Shown here: positions 34,501 to 45,847 of the stretch, piece after piece
How the letters are laid out: each line of letters begins with the position of its first letter
Numbering within the stretch: position 1 is the stretch's first letter
Source of the DNA: Catajapyx aquilonaris
Lineage: Eukaryota
Length of the DNA stretch: 64,000 nucleotides
Direction: 5' to 3'
NCBI GenBank assembly: GCA_000934665.2
Contig: KZ538260.1
Location: forward strand, 1 to 64,000
The notes under the pieces: generated by a model
Database searches by the model: none
What the model saw: only the letters and a program-made list of their open reading frames with translations
What the model was told of the DNA's origin: nothing
Program-made: the position numbers and the translations under genes

Positions 34501-36421
34501 TCATTTCTTATATCCGCCCCCGGTCTTGTGACCGAAACCACCCTGAGATCCGCTGTATCCACCCTGAGATCCACCGTGGCCGCCGCTGCTATACCCACCC
34601 TGGCCTCCGCTGCTGTATCCTCCCTGACCACCGCTGCTGTACCCTCCCTGGGACCCGCTAAACCCTCCCTTACCCGAACCAAAGCTGCCACCTCCGCTAT
34701 ACCCACCCTGACCACCGCCAAATCCACCCTTATTGGAGCCAAAGCTGCCACCTCCACTAGACCCTCCTTGTCCACCGCTGTAACCACCTTGTCCGCCGCT
34801 GTACCCACCCTGACCGCCGCTGTATCCGCCTTGACCGCCGCTGTATCCGCCCTGACCGCCGCTGTACCCTCCCTGCTGTCCGCCACCATATCCTCCGCTT
34901 CCCTGACCTCCACCGTAGCCTCCATCTGGGATCTTGGCCTCTCCCTCGTAGCTGACCTCGGCATTGAACCCGCTCTGCCAGTCAGCAGTGTATCGGACGA
35001 TCTGTGTGCGACCATCAGGTAGCAGCACGCGGTACTCTCCGTTGGTTGTCTTGCCGTCGCTGTTTTCACGACGGGAGAAGTCATTGCCATAGTAGTCCCT
35101 CACGGCGTAGTCGAAGTTGTATGGTTTAGGTTCCTCCTGCTGAAGAAGGACAGTCGAGAAAGAGTGCGAATTGTAAGCGGGCAAGAGGTCATGACACCTC
35201 ATGCGATTTGGTAAATGGCGGGAAAAGTGTGTAGAGGGTTCACAGCATTGGATTAATGTGTTGTGATCAGACAATCACAGGCAACCAGTTGGTGAAGAGT
35301 AACATCTTTAAAAACACTCTCTCTTTCTTCCTCATTAGTCTGTGAATGGAACAATACGTGGTTCCCTTGAGAAGAAGGACTTGGTCACGGACAGCCAAAT
35401 ATCCATTAACAAAAGTGTACGTCAACAGCACTGTGCCTGGAAATTAGTCAAATACTTTATATCATGCCTGAAGAAAATGGCACATGCTTTGTAACCAACA
35501 GCGATTTTGAGTCACCATCAAAAAACTTCTGGGTACCAGCTTATTTTTGCAACGTTATTTTCTAATTGCGCATATACAGTGTAATTAGGCATGCTTGCAG
35601 AACCTTGAAAACAGCAATGCATATGTGAACAGCGTCGTATGTATGTGAAAGAAGGAAAGCATCTCACCTGGAACGAACTGTAACCATAAAGGAAACGGGG
35701 AAAAGGGTAAAGAAGACTGGTATTGTCTGATTTGAAACAATAACCTTGAATGTTCCAGTCTATCGGATTCAAGCTCTCAAAACCCGTCACACCCCTGCTG
35801 GGAATCGAACCCAGGTTCATACTCAAAAAATGAGCGTGTTCTGCCACTGAACTACAGGGGCTGTTGGGCAGAGTAGCTATAGTTACTGGACCTGTATCAT
35901 CTTGATCGAACCATGCAAATTACCCTAAATTAGCGGATAAGTAGTCTCTACCTGCTGGTTGTATCCACCACCTCCATGACCACCACTCTGGCCACCGCCG
36001 CTGTAGCCTCCGCCTTGACCACCGCCATAGCCTCCGCTCTGGCTACCGCCGCTATAGCCTCCGCTCTGGCCACCGCCGCTATAGCCGCCGGTATTACCAC
36101 CTCCATAGCTTCCGCCAAATCCTCCACTGCCGGATCCACCACCAAATCCACCTTTGTTGCCTCCGCTATAGCCACCTCCAAATCCACCTCCTTTGCCAAA
36201 TCCGGACTGCTGCGGTGCTCCGTAGTTAGAGGACGGGGCTCCGTAACTGGACGACGGGCTGAATCCTCCACCTGTAGGTGCTCCGTATTGGGGACTAGGC
36301 GGCGGTTCCGCCAAAGCCGTAAGGCAAAGGCACAGCACAAGACCAAACTGGAAAATATACAAAGTGGAAGTCACCACCGACCAAGGCACCAACACCATGT
36401 ATTCACCTTGAGGAGTCCCAT
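34501..36421 (-). CDS. Pro-resilin-like R&R cuticular protein, ~349 aa; coding exons 36407-36421, 35952-36347, 34501-35139
   Basis: MGLLK|FGLVLCLCLTALA signal peptide; PSSSYGAP and GGYSGG repeats; R&R consensus PYNFDYAVRD..G.YRVLLPDGRTQIVRYTAD...GFNAEVSYEG; GT/AG phase-0 introns; downstream AATAAA near 34328. Confidence 0.92.
35792..35861 (-). mobile_element. tRNA-like SINE head / pseudo-tRNA in intron
   Basis: TAGTTCAGTGG and GGTTCGATTCC boxes; anticodon arm irregular; similar to 45462-45532. Confidence 0.65.
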
Positions 36422-36502
36422 GGCGTGTATGTAGGCAGGTGTATGTGTGCACTAAGCAGATGGTAGGCAAGGAGTGACATCGAAAGCTCGCCGTTCGCCC
36501 TC

Positions 36503-36509
36503 TTATATA
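36503..36509 (-). promoter_or_regulatory. TATA box of the 34501-36421 cuticle gene
   Basis: TATATAA on the minus strand ~30 bp upstream of an Inr-like TCACTC and ~82 bp upstream of the ATG. Confidence 0.75.
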
Positions 36510-38920
36510 CCTGACCGAGGTGAGAATGGAAAGGGACAAAAAAAAAATGCTCAGGAAGATCACCTCTTTTCATAACGTGGGAGTAGCCGTCCAGAGCAAT
36601 GAGAATGGTCAATGAATAAAGCGTGGCTAAAATGAAGGTGAAGGGGGAGGGTTATGGAGTTGATGAGGGGGGTGAGGGGGGGGGGGTTGTCCACTGGCGG
36701 GGGGTGTAAAGGTAGGTTTAGTAGGACGCTTCTCTTGGCCATTGTTAGGTGGATGAGAGTGCAGAAGCCGTGAAGGGGAGGCAGCAGGCGGGTTAGGAAG
36801 AAATCGAAAGTGGGCTTGCGCAACCGGGCAATTAGAGGATGGTGTCCATGTCAGGAAGGAAATAAAGTGCGTATTGCTCGAGAGATTGTTTTTTTAACGT
36901 GATTAAAGAGTGACCTTACGACACGAGCGATGATTCCTTCCTGCTGGCCTTATCGTTAGTTCCTGCCTATTATATTATTGATTCATCAGCTCATTCGTAT
37001 AAAAAATAGACAAGGAGCGCGATTAAGGGCAATAAAAAAACAACGTGCTTATTACGATGCCCTAGCTATGCTTTATATTTGCATCAGAATTCTACCTGTC
37101 ATCTGTCTTCCAAAATTGCTATTCATGTACCCGTCAGTGTAACACCGTGTAATGTATGTTTATTTTGCAAAACAGACACGTTGCGCTACTGGAATAAGTT
37201 TCTCACGCGGTTTTTTTTGCTGGAAATTAACCATAGCTGGCATCATTAAGGTATATTAAAGATGTGCTCCTTCTCAGGTTGGCAATTATCCAGTCAGATT
37301 GCATAACGCTACTGGTGGAACAATATACCTAACCAGTTTGGGTGAAATCAGCACGTAATGTCCTGGGATATGGCAAATGATCTGCACGATAGTTCATCTG
37401 ACTTTTTATAGACCACATTTTGCAACCATACTACAGCCTTGGTATTCCTTTTTTTTTTTACTAACCCCCCCGTGACAGGTATCATAATTTTATTGCCTTT
37501 GCCCGCATTTCGTGACCCACACCAACTGAACTCTGCACTCAATTTTATTGAGAACAAATCACTCCTGATAGACTACTCAACAGAGCAGAGTTGAGTAGGC
37601 CAAATAAAAGTTTTTTCTTACCATTTACCAAATTCAATATTCGCACAAAAATCTAGAGTATCATTTTGGCAGATGGCGGAATGATATTGAGGGAGACAAT
37701 ATATGGTCGGTCGTCATGTAGATCCTCCGCCCTTAGGCTTCACGATCAGGCCTTGTGTGGGCTTTCCCTGGTCTACATTTACCCCCCACCCCCACGTCCT
37801 TCATGCTCTACCCAGAAAAATGGCCACCTCACGATGTTCTGGTGAGGTAACCGTGTGAAGGCACTTTTTTCGGCATGTTTTGGTAGGTTCTTGCACGTCT
37901 TCCCCCCTCCTCCATATATAGGAATGGCCCAACTACATCCCAAATATGACTCTTGTTTCATACTCATTACCTGCTGGAAAATCACGGTGTTACGCACTCG
38001 ATCCATTTGTTGCGACTCTAATTTGTATGGGATTTAGTGCTTATTCACGGTGGGCGAGATGAATTTGATAAGCACAAATGATGGCACTTTTTTTGTCGCC
38101 TCTTGGCCTTGTGATTGCGAAACTGGGTGACAGACTTCAAAATGATAAAAAAATAAAGGTGCGTTTCCCCCAGGAGATCAAGTCAGCTGGACAAAAAGAT
38201 TACTGTCGTGATGGGAAGTAATGATCCAGCTCTTTCTAGCTGACCCAATCACGACGTTTAGTGCCTTTGTCATTCCAAGGAAACTTCCCCGTTGACGGAG
38301 CCGTCCAGTCGCATTGTTTACCGGCTATTCTCTATCCGTGAAAGGTTTGAGTTATTTTTTTTTTTCGTACAATTTTTTTGAACACTATCCCCAAGGTTCA
38401 AGCAGATGGTGATGTGTCGGAAATTAAGAGTGGGAAAATAGAGTTTCACTTTAAAGTCAGATTCGTGATTATTAAGCACAATTAACGAGAGATAGGTGTA
38501 TTTCTTTTCACTTTCACTCTGCTGGAGAAACTTGGGATGCGCGGGTTTTTTCTCTGGTAATTAAAATTACTAACTAGGTTCTCACAGTTGGTGAAGAGGG
38601 TTGAGGACCTTGACCCATGATTTATTTTTGTTTTTGCCTTTGTTACGGAGTGGTGAGCGTTTCAGATGGCTGCACCAAAGATATCACGATATCAGACGTG
38701 GGTTTTATTTATTTTTTAACATCACCTGTATGGTCTGTAGCTTCGAAATCTAACGTTGTATTCCAGCTGCTGTAACTTTCATATATTTCATTTAATGATA
38801 ATTCTTAACATATACCACGCATTAGAAGCTACAAATAAATTAATAGCAACGTATTGGTAACATTAATTCCTCAGTTTTAAGGCAAATCAAGTACTGGAAT
38901 GACATAAACAACGACCAGTC

Positions 38921-38989
<69 letters not shown>
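38921..38989. repeat. (AAT)n microsatellite
   Basis: Direct observation. Confidence 0.95.
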
Positions 38990-38990
<1 letters not shown>

Positions 38991-41900
38991 ATTTTTCTGC
39001 GAGAAGAAACCTACAGGTTCACTCGTATGGAATTACAAGTTGCATAAGCATAATGGAACAACATAATTCATGGAAAATGTTAAAACACTGATGCTTGAGC
39101 TGCTCTCTTCTCTATCCTTAATATTGAAGAAGTTGAGCGTAGAAAAGTATGGGCATTCTCAAAATAATTGAGAGAAACATGTGGCTCCTGTGCAATGCAC
39201 CAGTGTCTATTTCCTACATTTTCAACTGCCTTCTATTTTTTTTAGAGATAATAACCTATATCATATTTTGATGGATTTCATACTTTTCTATATTCAGAAT
39301 GTGGCAAAATCACAAAATCAACACCTTTAGGTAAAATATTTTTGCTTTCTTTTTTTTTGCATCTACTCACAGCCTCAAGAAAACTACAAGGTCATCCAAA
39401 AATACCGACTAATATGGCAATTTTTGCACTATGCTTATTTTAGCTGTTACATTTTCATGATTAATTTAAATGGTTATCAAAAGTACTCTGCTACATCTTT
39501 TTTAACGCCTGCAAGGTGGTCTGGCCTGCACAAAGTGGGTTATGTCATAGACATCAGAATGATGCCAATTGTTCAAACGGCCCATTCCTAAAGGGAAAAA
39601 CTGCAGTTCAGACCATGACTGAATCATTCACATATTTTTTTTTAAATGATTCTACAGAGCAAAAAATTTCAGATAACTGGATCTGATAATGTGCACTTAC
39701 ACCTCAGCATTGCCTTTGTTTCCGAGAGGATTCCATTTTCGAATCTGAGGCCACACTTTGGTGAAATTTTCGGCTTTCTGCCCTCAATTCGCAAGCACTG
39801 CATTGCGAACGGAAGTGAGTTTTTCTGATACAAGTGTTTCGAGTTTTCTCTTGGCCATGTGGTTGTCTCAAATTCGGGAAGAACTATAAAATACTGCATT
39901 GTTCTAATTCGAAGATGCACAGGGGGGAAAAAAAACCCGCCTTATACCTGCATACTCCGGCCTTACACTAGAGTGCCCATATAATGCCGACCTGGTAAGC
40001 GACTTCTAAAAACTGGTTCAGAGATTATTCGGTATGCACGTTTGTGAAGTAATACGATAGCATTCTTTGAGCAAATATGAGTCACACAATCAGAAAGACG
40101 TGAAATGCAGACCATTATACCTGAATACCTAGCTTTTCTACAATACTGCGTGGCATGGACATTGTAATTTAGAAAGGGCGTGAACAGATGAAAAGGGATA
40201 ATAAAAGGCGAAAAGTTTCGACCCCGGGTCTCTGCAATTTTGAGACAATTGTTCTCATCATCCTGCCGCGGGAAGAACAAAATGCTATAGGCGTTCTCAC
40301 AGAGATTTTATCAAAAATGCGTATTAAGTTATCTCTATTGTGCACTTATCATCACACCCCCATTGTTATTCTCCTTGCAATTCCTAAAATACAATGGCCC
40401 AAAATAGACGGAAATTGTTATTATTTTTGTCAACTGCACAAAAGGATGCGGCAATCATAAGTGGCATCACCACTAATACTCTTATTGCAGAACTGTTAAT
40501 TAAATAACCGTATATATTTATGTAGGCCACGACAAATTCACTGCACAACGCTTCTTTTATAAACAAATAATACCGGAGAGCGAATATTTAGAAACGCTGC
40601 CGTATTGGTAAATAAGGACAACGTGCTTTTAATCTGTGTGCTCTTAGGCAAACAATCGTCTTCCTCTCCTGCCTTCGAAATCGTGCCGGGAAAATAATAG
40701 AGCTACCGTAATTTATCGGGTTAATGATTACAATGGGACACGATTCGTTGGACTGCTTCAAATAAAGTTTCTAACCCCCGAGTGTATTACGTAGCTTGGA
40801 AGGTGGCCGTTTGCTAGGCGTGCTTTTCGGAGCAATGCGGCTTTGTATACAGCGGGTATAAGTTATTGCGCCCTTGACGAATTTCATAAGCAGCCACGCT
40901 TTCACACCCTCCATATTATCTTCGGATGTGATATAGTGCTAATTGCGATACCCACTCTTCCGGTTGTTTCGGAGGAAATCGTTCATTTTCGCACGTTGCC
41001 TTTCGCTTCTTGGCTGATGTTCCACCCTTCCCATACCCCATCCTCAACCCCCCAGGGACACTAGAATCGGAATCATGAATCAAGGTTTCCGCTTGCTCAA
41101 AGAGTATCCTCCTGTTTTTTTAAGGTAAAAACGACACTCTTCAAAAGTTTCATCACTCCTTAGAAAGTTAGGTATCCTCATTGGTCTCCTCCCAGCAGGT
41201 TTTGTAACGAAAACTAGTACCTGCGGATGTACTGGTAGAGAAAGGGGCAATCATAATACTGGCTGCTACACCTAATTAGGACTAACACCTTCGCAAATGT
41301 TGCTTTGGTATCGCTCTAACCTCCTCACCCTCCGGATTATACTTGTAAAAAATGGAGTGTCCTGGAATTTGGGTTGAATAACAAGGCTGCCATTTAAAAC
41401 GATGGCAACCAGATTAATGGCAAGGTATTCCTTTTATGGCATGCAACCTGGAAAGCTACAGAACAAATACGGCATGTGCCATATGGCGGCGATTTCCCTG
41501 TAATAGTCTAAATGTGTGGAGGAAGTTGGGACGAATTTTGATAAGGAAGGAGACAAGAGGGGGGAGGGGGGTACTTTCACCGTCATAGTGAAGTAGGTAT
41601 CGGACATGAGGATACATCCCAGGAAGCTGAGCTGGTATGGGGTTCCCATGTCTCCTTGGACCATTCACTATATTGCGGCAGTGGAAATGAATTACAGGAA
41701 GCGTCTACAGCGCCTCACAATTAATCGTGTCGGTCGCTGTGGTGGCACAATAATATGCAATTCGAAGGCTGGTCATTCATGCTGGTGCACCTGCAATAAA
41801 ACGGCAGAAGAATAGTGCGGAACTGCTTTAAGGAAAGCAAAATATTATGTTGCGTCCTTAATTAAGAGTGTCACTTTTGTGATAGGTAGGTCATGACATC

Positions 41901-42466
41901 GATGTCAGAAAAATGTATAGATCTTCTGCCCGTCCGTCTGTCTTTGTTATGTCCTAACGGGAGTGTAAAGCATTAGCCTGAATAACTAATATCTGAAACA
42001 ATATTAAGAGTAATTATTTCTTGCTATGTTCTACTTTAGGTTGCAACGGTACTAATCAGGGCGTTGATATTACTGTCATGGACTACTTTCGTTAGCCCTA
42101 CGGATTTAATCTGTTTTTAAATGCACGCTGAGTCTAGTAATGAACTTTATTGACTGTTAGGATAGCGGTTTTTATTCACTGGACTATTTTGGCACAATAC
42201 TTTATTTTGAGGTTGTACAGTGCTTCTCCATATGGTTTTTAAAATCAACCTTGGTAACACTATGGGTAGGAAACGGGTAAACAATGGGCATAGAAAAATA
42301 TTCAATATCACTAGAATTGTCATTTTGCCCTGGAAAGGCGACCATATCCTTGGTCAATTTTCACACGGAACTCAGCCCTTTCCTTTAGGTAGGGGAAAGA
42401 TGAAACCTGAGATTAAAGCGGCTAAATTACAAAGTACACACCAAGACAGGGGCGTGACAACCATCT

Positions 42467-45340
42467 TTAGGAATCAACATTAGTGGAATTCTTATTTTGA
42501 TTGATGCGTTCTCTCGCTACAGGCCTGACTCGTCGTTTCTCACTTTTGCCGGCCGATTTATTCTCACTTTTGCTGACCGATTTATCCTCACTTTTGTTGG
42601 CCGATTTATCCTCACTTTTGCTAGCCGATTTATCCTCACTTTTTCCGGTCGACTTATCCTCGCTTGTGCCGGACGATTTATCCTGGCTTTTGCCGACCGA
42701 TTTATTTTCTTTCAACAGCTCTGTGGTTTGGTGATGGGGCACTTTGTCTGTTTCAATGGCATGGGTGGGAGGTTGCACGAATTCACCCTTCTTGTCATCT
42801 TTGGTCACACGAGGAGCAGTCACGCTGCTGTCTGCTGCGGCTTTGGTATCACTTTCCGTCTTTTTCTTGGGCTTCTTCTTCCGTAAGTTTGTGGATGAGT
42901 AGGCCTTAAATCCGATGCTCTTGACCTGGGTGAAGCTCGAGTCCGCATCCGACTTTCCGATGCCGTCACCACCGTAATCGTACAAACTGTCTAAGGAGTG
43001 CCCGCCGAGGCCTAATTTCTCTCCGTAATCATACTGTTGGTTGTCGTGCGTCTGGCCGTCATTATAATTATGCGCAGAATGGTCCTGGGCTTGCCCAGAA
43101 TAGTGGCTGACGTCAGGTTGATCCTGCTGGTGGGTGTTAGTCACGTCGCTTTGGTGACTGTAGTGCTGCTGATTCTTGGACACGTCACTGTGGCTGACGT
43201 AATTCTGGGTGTGTGTTATACCACCTTGGTCTTCATGCTGGCTATTGTAATCTGCGTTGCCTTCGCCGGAGTAATGCTTACCGTCATTCCCTTGATCGAC
43301 GTAATGGTACTTGTCGTCGTATTGTTGTTGGTAGTGGCCAGTGTTGCCATCTTGTTGGTTGTAAGAGTGATGGTCACCATTTGTGTCTGCCTGATGATGG
43401 CCGTATGAATAGTTGGTATGGTCTTGCACGTCCGATTGATGGTCATCGTGAGATTGGCCAGTGTACGATTGGAGGTTTTGCTCATGGACGTTGTTCTGGT
43501 CGTTGTATGACTTGTGGTCTTCTTGTGTGTGATCGTCCTGCGGGAAGTAGGCGATACCTTGGTTCAGTTCGTCCAGAAGCTCGTATCCGTTCAAGGAACC
43601 ATAGCCATTTCCTTTTCCGGAGTCCTGTCCAGCTCCTTTTCCGGTGTCCGGTGAGCTGTAGCCAGTTCCTTTTCCGGTGTCCGGTGAGCTGTAGCCAGTT
43701 CCTTTTCCAGTGTCCGGTGAGCTGTAGCCAGTTCCTTTTTCAGATGTGTAACCCGCATCCTTTCCGGAGGTCAGAGAGCCATAACTAGACCCTTTTCCGG
43801 AGGTAAAAGAACTGTAACCAGAACCCTTTCCACTACTTATGGAGCTATAACCAGCTCCTTTGCCTGTAGAACTAAAGCCTGTTCCTTTTCCAGAGCTGAT
43901 GGAGGCTATATTCCCATCGTTGCCCAGATTGTGTTGTCCAATTCCTCCCAGATCGTGTTGTCCGATGTCCCCCAGGTTATGCTGTCCGATGTCGCCCAAG
44001 TTGTGCTGCCCAATATCACCCAGGTTGTGCTGTCCAATATCACCAAAGTTATGCTGTCCGATGTCGCCCAGGTTGTGCTGTCCAATATCGCCCAGATTAT
44101 GATGACCATCGTTGCCCAAATTATGATGCCCTATATCTCCTATATTATGATGCCCTATATCTCCTATATTATGATGCCCTATATCTCCTATATTATGATG
44201 CCCGATGCTTCCTAAATTCGCGTGTCCAGTGTTAATCTTCCCGCTGTCGAGATTTTCTATATTTAGCTTTCCAGAATCTCCCAGGTCTCCGTGCCCTTTG
44301 TTATTCACATGTTCCAGGTGACCACCATTTAGATGTTCCAAATTCAAATCTTCATAATTAAAATGCTCGAGGTTCAGTTTCCCAGCGTTCTCCTGGTTTT
44401 GCTTGACGGCGTTGCCATGGTCAAAATTTCCAAAACTGAGTTTTCCAGCATGTAGATTCTCTCCATTAAATTTGCTCAGGTCCAAATCACCAAAGGAAAA
44501 TTTGCTGGCATCCAGGTGGCCAAAATTTAGCTTTCCATCGCCCGACAATGATCCGCCATTTAGGTGTTCCAGCCCAAGACCTGCAATATTTCCTAGATCC
44601 ACTTGTTCTCCCTTCAGCTTACCCAGGTCGAAGTTTCCGCCACTAATTTGACCCAAGTTGAAATCTCCACCGCCTAGATGTCCCAGATTAAGTTTTCCAC
44701 TGTTTGCATTGTTGTGGCCCTGGAGAATCTTTTTGGCCTTTCCTTCATAGCTGACCTTCGCTTGGAACCCGTTGTTCTTGTCCGCAGTGTAAGTGACCAC
44801 TTGTATCCGACCATCCGGTAGTAGAAGGCGATAACCCCCGGTGATGGAATGACCGTTGCTCTTCTCCCACTGACCATAGTCGTTACCTCTGTGGTCTCGG
44901 ACACCCCATTCGAAATTGTACGGATGTCGTGGCTGTAAATAAATCAAAACGTTTTTGACTGACAAAAAGACAACATAATTATGACTTACATGAACGTCGA
45001 GTGCCTCATACTGGTCGTGTCCCATATACTCCACAGGTATACCTCCATGTTGCACGTCGGTGTCGAAATCGAATCCTATGTAAGGCAATTTGAGTTGTTG
45101 TGCTTCTGACACTGATGAGGCCTCTCCGATGTTATCAGAATGTTTCTTGCTGTCAGTAACGTTTGTAGCAGTTAAGTTCTTCAGCTCGATGACCATAACC
45201 TTTATCGTATCTGTCGTACTGCTGGCGTTGTTATCACTTGGTTTGGTGGAATTGTCAAGAGTCTTTGTGTCTACCAACGGTACTGACGTCACCAGTGGCA
45301 GAACCAACCCGCAGGACAACAGCCGAAGAAGTAGCTGCAT
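42467..45340 (-). CDS. Large modular R&R cuticular protein, ~938 aa; coding exons 44990-45340 and 42467-44932; probable non-coding first exon ~45701-45812
   Basis: Signal peptide MQLLLRLLSCGLVLPLVTS; R&R consensus PYNFEWGVRD..G.YRLLLPDGRIQVVTYTAD..GFQAKVSYEG; 57-nt GTAAGT...TTACAG intron read through in frame by the ORF track; long repeat-rich tail. Confidence 0.92.
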   Translation of the reverse strand: MQLLLRLLSCGLVLPLVTSVPLVDTKTLDNSTKPSDNNASSTTDTIKVMVIELKNLTATNVTDSKKHSDNIGEASSVSEAQQLKLPYIGFDFDTDVQHGGIPVEYMGHDQYEALDVHVSHNYVVFLSVKNVLIYLQPRHPYNFEWGVRDHRGNDYGQWEKSNGHSITGGYRLLLPDGRIQVVTYTADKNNGFQAKVSYEGKAKKILQGHNNANSGKLNLGHLGGGDFNLGQISGGNFDLGKLKGEQVDLGNIAGLGLEHLNGGSLSGDGKLNFGHLDASKFSFGDLDLSKFNGENLHAGKLSFGNFDHGNAVKQNQENAGKLNLEHFNYEDLNLEHLNGGHLEHVNNKGHGDLGDSGKLNIENLDSGKINTGHANLGSIGHHNIGDIGHHNIGDIGHHNIGDIGHHNLGNDGHHNLGDIGQHNLGDIGQHNFGDIGQHNLGDIGQHNLGDIGQHNLGDIGQHDLGGIGQHNLGNDGNIASISSGKGTGFSSTGKGAGYSSISSGKGSGYSSFTSGKGSSYGSLTSGKDAGYTSEKGTGYSSPDTGKGTGYSSPDTGKGTGYSSPDTGKGAGQDSGKGNGYGSLNGYELLDELNQGIAYFPQDDHTQEDHKSYNDQNNVHEQNLQSYTGQSHDDHQSDVQDHTNYSYGHHQADTNGDHHSYNQQDGNTGHYQQQYDDKYHYVDQGNDGKHYSGEGNADYNSQHEDQGGITHTQNYVSHSDVSKNQQHYSHQSDVTNTHQQDQPDVSHYSGQAQDHSAHNYNDGQTHDNQQYDYGEKLGLGGHSLDSLYDYGGDGIGKSDADSSFTQVKSIGFKAYSSTNLRKKKPKKKTESDTKAAADSSVTAPRVTKDDKKGEFVQPPTHAIETDKVPHHQTTELLKENKSVGKSQDKSSGTSEDKSTGKSEDKSASKSEDKSANKSEDKSVSKSENKSAGKSEKRRVRPVARERINQNKNSTNVDS

Positions 45341-45461
45341 CTGAGAAAATGGGGGAAGTCATTATGAGCTATATCCGAACTTATATTAGCCCAATTGAAA
45401 TTTGGCAGGCTATTTTTGCAGGCTGTTGTTATGTTAACCACGACTCGAACCCTGTCTGCAA

Positions 45462-45532
45462 TCCCTGCTGGGAATCGAACCCAGGTTCACACCCAAATTC
45501 AGGGCATGTGTTCTACCACTGAACTACAGAGA
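45462..45532 (-). mobile_element. tRNA-like SINE head / pseudo-tRNA in intron
   Basis: TAGTTCAGTGGTAGAAC and GGTTCGATTCC boxes; similar to 35792-35861. Confidence 0.65.
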
Positions 45533-45837
45533 CTCAATAGGACGAGCATTGTGGCATACATTTCACAGCAGAGAACCACGCCTTTGAATCACTTGATGCA
45601 TCCAATTGTTTAACGAATGACCGCATATGTATCGCACAATACCCATCATGCAATCAAGGATTCCGCGTCGATGAGCAGTCCACACACACGTAACGCTTAC
45701 ATTCACAGAAACGACGTTGCACCGGAAAGAAACCATATCTGCACTCCACTATAGTACAGCGGACAACACACCTTTTTATGACGACCCACACCACCACTGT
45801 TGTCAAAAATGACTGCGCAGTGGACAGTGGGTGCACA

Positions 45838-45847
45838 TTATATATAT
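45838..45847 (-). promoter_or_regulatory. TATA box of the large cuticle gene
   Basis: TATATATAA on the minus strand ~30 bp upstream of an Inr-like TCATT; donor GTAAGC at 45700 and acceptor TCTCAG directly before the ATG. Confidence 0.6.

Noticed and set aside
34450..36434. Ala/Thr- and Ala/Val-rich ORFs overlapping the first cuticle gene (likewise 42497-44651 and 59326-59877)
   Set aside because: Alternative-frame or antisense shadows of Gly-rich repetitive coding sequence.
45462..45532. Functional tRNA gene (also 35792, ~24065-24139, ~28755-28826)
   Set aside because: Anticodon arms do not fold cleanly, and two of these continue into SINE bodies.
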